Below, in pieces: positions 58,470 to 64,000 of a stretch of DNA of 64,000 nt (positions within the stretch are counted from its first letter, which is position 1; the number at the start of each line of letters is the position of its first letter). Made by a program: the position numbers and the translations under genes. The notes beneath the pieces were generated by a model that saw only the letters and a program-made list of their open reading frames with translations, ran no database searches and was not told the origin of the DNA. The stretch spans positions 1,568,247-1,632,246 of the forward strand of contig CM082594.2 in assembly GCA_040954595.2 (NCBI GenBank), given 5' to 3'. The DNA comes from Balanoglossus misakiensis (taxonomy: Eukaryota; Animalia; Hemichordata).

Positions 58470-61359
58470 TATACTTTATTGATTTATTTGACGACATTTT
58501 ACAGTAATCATTTCATGCACAGGTGAATATGGTCAACTAATCAGACCAACTTTCTCACAGAGAATAGATTACAATCCAATCATTTCATGTTCCACAGAGT
58601 AAAGTCAACCAATCAGATACAAGTTTACAGAAATAACGGTTACAGTCCCAATCATTTAATGTACAGGTGCGTGAATGTAGTAAACGAATCAAATGAACTC
58701 TTACAGACAGAAGAGATTACAATCTGATCCAATCATTTCATACAGGTGAGTATGGTCAACCACAAATTGCAACTAAAATAAAACGAGCTCTGCTAAACAC
58801 AATGTTTGACCTTAAAGGCTCTTGAGCTGCAAATGGAAAAAAAACATTAAGCTTTAAATAGTTCCGGATATGCTTTTAATTCTGTTTATTAAAGAGAAGA
58901 CACCGTTTATGTTAATATATATGTGGATATATAGTGAATGAACGTTCAACCACACACACCTTCCATCCCACTTGTAGACACGAGAGTGAAAAAATCGCGT
59001 CAAGGACACGGTGGTCCCATTGAGTGATTACACAAGAAAAAGTCTACACCGGAGCACATGGCCATATACAGACAGACAGGCACACACGTGCACACACACA
59101 CACACATAGCGAGAGATCAATGGGCAAACACTGACTGACCCATAAGCTGCCAATGGCATATGTACTGTACATAAACTAAATAGAACAGCTGGCCTCTTTA
59201 AAACTTAGCCAGTTATGTAATCATTCAGGAATTGGCTGTGTTTATATGAATCACAGGATGGGGGCTTCCTGCCTCATTAAAACAACTCAATATTAAAGTA
59301 AATACACATCACTTTGCAAAGCAATCTGACCAGTAGTTCGTGAGTTACTGAGTTTTGCCCAAATTCACATTTTTCCAGTTAATTTGCATATTTTTGGCAA
59401 TGACAACTTCATTTGAACAAACTCCCATCTACAGCCCAGCCTGCATCAGCACACCAAATATCAAGGTGATACACGCAGCGGTTTTCAGGTTTTTGATGTG
59501 GACGGACATACATCCATCCATCCATCCATACATACAGACGCAACCGATCCCATAAGGTCCCATGGTACATACCAATGGGACCGAAAAACTCGCCAAAATG
59601 AATAATCGGTGTTTACCTTTTATACATTTTGTCGAGATTTTTACTGTCATATCTTACAAATGGGATGGGAGTTGTGTGTAGTCAAACGTTGATTCACTAC
59701 ATATCCAGATGTAGAATAACATAATGGTGCCTTGTATCAAACATCATAAATGATTTTGTCTGATTGTAAATCAAGATAACTGTTATTTATGACAAAATGG
59801 TCCAAAAATCCAAGAAATATCAGTATAGTCGAAAATTCCCGTATTTTTTAAAATGAAATATTGCATTTTTTTCGAGTTGGAGCTCATGGGGCTTTAATCG
59901 TGCCAACATTTTCATATATGCGTAAGATTTTAAACAACTAAGAGGCATTGTTCTGGTACAGGTGACGTAAAGTGTAATATTTGAAAAGTTATCAGTTGTA
60001 CAAATTTCGCTAAAACAATTACAATACACAAATATTTAAGATTTCCCACAAATGAATTCATAAAACTTTTCTCACCAAGAATTTCTTGTTTTCCAATACA
60101 TCTTGTAGATTGAAAACGAATACAGAAATACAGAATAGAATTGTTTATTTCAAATGTCAGGGCCTCAGCCCATCACATAAAGACACTCTGTTTACAGAGA
60201 GAAATACTACATGGAATTAAACTATAAGCCAGCGTATCAATTCTGCTGCGTTTGCTGCTGTACAAAGTAATCCCGTTAAAAGACTTATGAACGAAAACTG
60301 CAAGTGTATATTGAAGTTGCTGAGTTTTAAGTTAAGAAAACAAAACATTTTTCCCGTGTAGGGTTAATACGGAATTTTAGAGGAATTAGCTTTGACCCCT
60401 CCTCCTCATACAATGGACAAAATAGCAAAAAAACGAATACTAGTATTTTTAATATGATGTATTCATGTAGGTTTTGTTCTTGATCTATCAATATGGTATG
60501 ACATTTCATAACATTTCTTTGGGTATCTACTATTTGTCATTTTTTTAAAAGTCTGACCCAACATTTTATACATCTTCTGGATAAAAGTCAGGTATTTTAA
60601 ACAAATAAGATGTTTTACAACTTAGAAATACATTACAGTTATATAATTGTGGCTGGTTGTGTAAACTTTATTCTATAGATTAATGAATTTCTGTTAGCCA
60701 CCACTGAAAATAAATGGCGACACTTTGTAGAGTGTCAAATAAATAGGCCTACAGCACCTTCCTGTTGTGTTGGTCCATCCAAGCAGTTGTAAATTGTCAT
60801 TCCCCAAAAGGTGGTACTTTTTAATACTTAGAACATTTTTCTCACCCAAAGCTTCGTTTTGATTGATGACAGGTCAATACCCTTCAAAACATATTTTTTC
60901 TTTGGGGACGTATTACCTGTTTGTGGACATACACACAGAGGGTAGAATTCACGAGCAGGCCATGTGATGACTGCTCACAGTTCATCAAAACACCGCAAAA
61001 ATCGATGAAATGGTCGCTTTGATTTATATTAGCCACGAGTATGCACCATACTCGAATTACAATCGTTTGATGAGAGGCAAAAGAGTGGGCATTGCAATTC
61101 TGACTGCCTTAAATAGGCCTAATATAAATAGGTTTTCACTTTATGCTAGGGGGTCAAATCACATGATAATAATTGCATTCTGGGTAAAAGTAGATAACTC
61201 ACAACAGTGAGAGATAGAAGAAATGATACGTTTGCTATATTTCGTGACTTTCTTTGGTCAAAAATGATTGTCTTCACATTTTGTTATTTTTCTGTTACAA
61301 AGTTTCAGAATGACCCAGTATCACTTTATGTTTTGAACTTCCAATTCTTAAACATGATC

Positions 61360-62910
61360 TTAAACATGACCTTCGGTCTTACAACACAGGCCACGGTACA
61401 GCCCGACTGTTTTCATGCGTAGCAGAAACGCCCCGAAAATGAAAACACCCTGCAAGGTATTGGCAACAATGAAAATGTACTCCAAAACATCGGCCTGATA
61501 AAAGCCATCCACAAAACCAATAATCCACGTCAACCCCATAACGGTAGACATCTTGATAGAAAAGATGACATGTTGAGCCGTGTACGACGTGTGTCGGTGC
61601 CTTTTCATTTCTCTCTCCGATGCTAACATGGAGAACACGGTGTATATTAAGCAAACGACATTGAAAAGAACAATCAGGCCAACAGGGCCGAGGAACCTGA
61701 CAATCAAAGGCGTCAGCCGACCGATCCAACATACAGGACCCTCACTGTAACCAACTCGGAAACCATACGGAGCAGTATGATCGATCACTACACAGACTCC
61801 AACGAAAACGAATGGTAGCAACCAGGCATACAGACAGTAGTACACAAATATGTTGCCATTCCCCAAATCGGCGCGGGTCAGTTGTGTGCGCATGTGCACG
61901 ATGTCAAATGCCATGTTGTGCCGAATTCGGCCCCGTGCCGATTACGTCCCGCGCATGCTCGGGTCATCAGTAACATGTGTCTGAAATATTGCATTTTCTT
62001 GTGTGAAAGATTTGCCATCCAACGTGCATGTAAGGCTGTGCATGAATGTACATTGTACTGCACTGTAAACTTGGACATTGCATTACCGCAAGGATTTAAT
62101 TTCATTCCACCAACAAATCAGGGCCATGGGCAGATATTCACCCATTTAGGCCGAAACCATCACTTTTAGCTTTCAACAGTTAACATGACTTTAGTTGGGG
62201 TCTTAATCGGCACTGGGGCTGAAATCAGCTGCTTTACCTGCCGATCTTATCCCTTAGAAGCCATGGTTTGTTTGTCAAGGCATGCGCGGGGACGTATTCG
62301 GCATGGGGCCGAATTCGGCACAACAATTGTTGTGCCGAATTCGGCCCCGTTGTTGTGCCGAATTCGGCCCCGTGCCGATTACGTCCCGCGCATGCTCGGG
62401 TCATCAGTAACATGTGTCTGAAATATTGCATTTTCTTGTGTGAAAGATTTGCCATCCAACGTGCATGTAAGGCTGTGCATGAATGTACATTGTACTGCAC
62501 TGTAAACTTGGACATTGCATTACCGCAAGGATTTAATTTCATTCCACCAACAAATCAGGGCCATGGGCAGATATTCACCCATTTAGGCCGAAACCATCAC
62601 TTTTAGCTTTCAACAGTTAACATGACTTTAGTTGGGGTCTTAATCGGCACTGGGGCTGAAATCAGCTGCTTTACCTGCCGATCTTATCCCTTAGAAGCCA
62701 TGGTTTGTTTGTCAAGGCATGCGCGGGGACGTATTCGGCATGGGGCCGAATTCGGCACAACACCATGACGCTCATCCAACAGAATGCCGCCAGCCAAATG
62801 TAGTGCGATACAATAGCAGCTGTTTTGCACAGCCAAGCAAACGTTGTCCAGTCCAAGACCGTGATAAACAAAAGCTGCGCGATCAAAAGAGCTACTAGTG
62901 GAGCGGCCAA
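61360..62910 (-). pseudogene. Intronless secretin/adhesion-family GPCR 7TM region (about TM2-TM7), interrupted by a MITE dimer and 5'-truncated
   Basis: LCKTAAIVSHYIWLAAFCWMSV|MAFDI, YAWLLPFVFV, GYSEGPVCWI, MGLTWIIG and FIVANTLQGVFIF; the frame rejoins when 61914-62765 is removed. Confidence 0.85.
61914..62762. mobile_element. Head-to-tail dimer of a 412-bp MITE with TGT..ACA ends, plus an extra TIR
   Basis: Copies at 61914-62325 and 62351-62762; TIR TGTTGTGCCGAATTCGGCCCC; lone TIR at 62328-62349; CCA on both outer flanks. Confidence 0.85.
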
Positions 62911-64000
62911 ACCCTAGTTTTCATAGCGATTGTGCATTTTGTGATAAAAGCACCAAACTTGGCTCAGATGTGTGTTAATGTGTACTAAACAAATTCAGAT
63001 AGCGAGCCACTAAATATCTGTTGATGAGTTTCCATGGCAACCAATTTTTCAAAATGGCCACCAATACAGATAATTTCACCCACCAAATAACATCTGTAAA
63101 CACCAAAATAAATTTACATTACTATATTTGATACAAGGAACTGTGGAAAGAATGATTTGCAAAGATATTATGGTTACTAAACTACTTAAAGGGGTAAGTA
63201 AGTTATCAAAACACAATTTAAAGGCACACCTTTTAATCCCTTTGTTCTCGGATTAATAGGTGCTCCTCTAGAAGTCAAACCATATACTGACTATGGTCAA
63301 ACATTAGGCTAATTGCGATATTTAACTTGCAGTACGTAAATTACACATATGAATCACAACAGTTTACCACCTTAGCTAATGATAATCATATAAACAGATC
63401 ACCGATATATTTGAATTGCACACGGATGTGGGCTTGGCTTACTCGTGACTGGTAAAATTTCCTTATCAACTTGATAGGAGAGTCCACTGCCCGAAATAGA
63501 CGTTAATCCAAACTGAGTCCGCGGTCGTCGCGTTTATTGGTCGACAGACATACACATAGGGCCTCAAACGCAATGCAATCTAAATTGACCCCGGGTAACG
63601 AACCATGAGAAAATGTCGGCTTTGTTTCGACCACAATCGCGACCGCAGCGTTGACAAAAAAATTTCGGGGCGTTGATGTTTGTCAAAATGCCATAGGAAA
63701 TTAAAGAAACTTATGTCGAATTGCTGAAACGTTAATAATCGACCATATGTCTTGATACTTTAGATCATGTAGCAGTTCGACTCCAGCAAGTTTGGTGACT
63801 GTTAACAGAGTTGACCAAAAGATAAATGGTGTCTATGATTCCAAACTCATAAGAATTACACCGGAGGACACAACATTATTTTATTTGTCGAGAATAGTGT
63901 TCATCATGCCATAAATATTGTCAAAAATGTGTACAAGCAGTTGGCCTTTAGATTGGTAAATGGAAAAACAGGTCTTATTGCAATTTACTGGGATTAGGTG

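Noticed and set aside
62911-64000. Probable further TE end truncating the GPCR
   Set aside because: Coding similarity stops abruptly at CCCTAG, but no partner TIR or ORF is visible in the window, so it was left unannotated.

Overview
AT-rich animal DNA (spliceosomal GT-AG introns; looks like a marine invertebrate, species not identifiable), made almost entirely of nested transposable elements between two damaged host genes. At the left end are exons of a decaying SVEP1/SCUBE-like Cys-rich/EGF gene. At the right end is a disrupted intronless secretin/adhesion-type GPCR 7TM region. A Helentron-like modular tandem-repeat array (~4.95-29.4 kb) hosts an Academ-like element, an intact Tx1-clade LINE inserted in a (TTC)n tract, and a 7.8-kb Sola2-like transposon that carries an F-box/LRR gene. 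A full-length Gypsy LTR element follows (29416-58469; TATA TSD, tRNA-Ser PBS, -1 frameshift signal). Its 5' LTR is split by a 16-kb IS3EU-like transposon, and three more DNA elements interrupt its gag/pol. The IS3EU-like element encodes a spliced DDE transposase and a convergent 7-exon gene for a Zn-finger/UBA-like/HECT E3 ligase. Most notable: two unrelated cut-and-paste transposons each carry their own ubiquitin-ligase gene inside their TIRs. All family assignments come from motif, terminus and TSD recognition by eye; no database searches were run.
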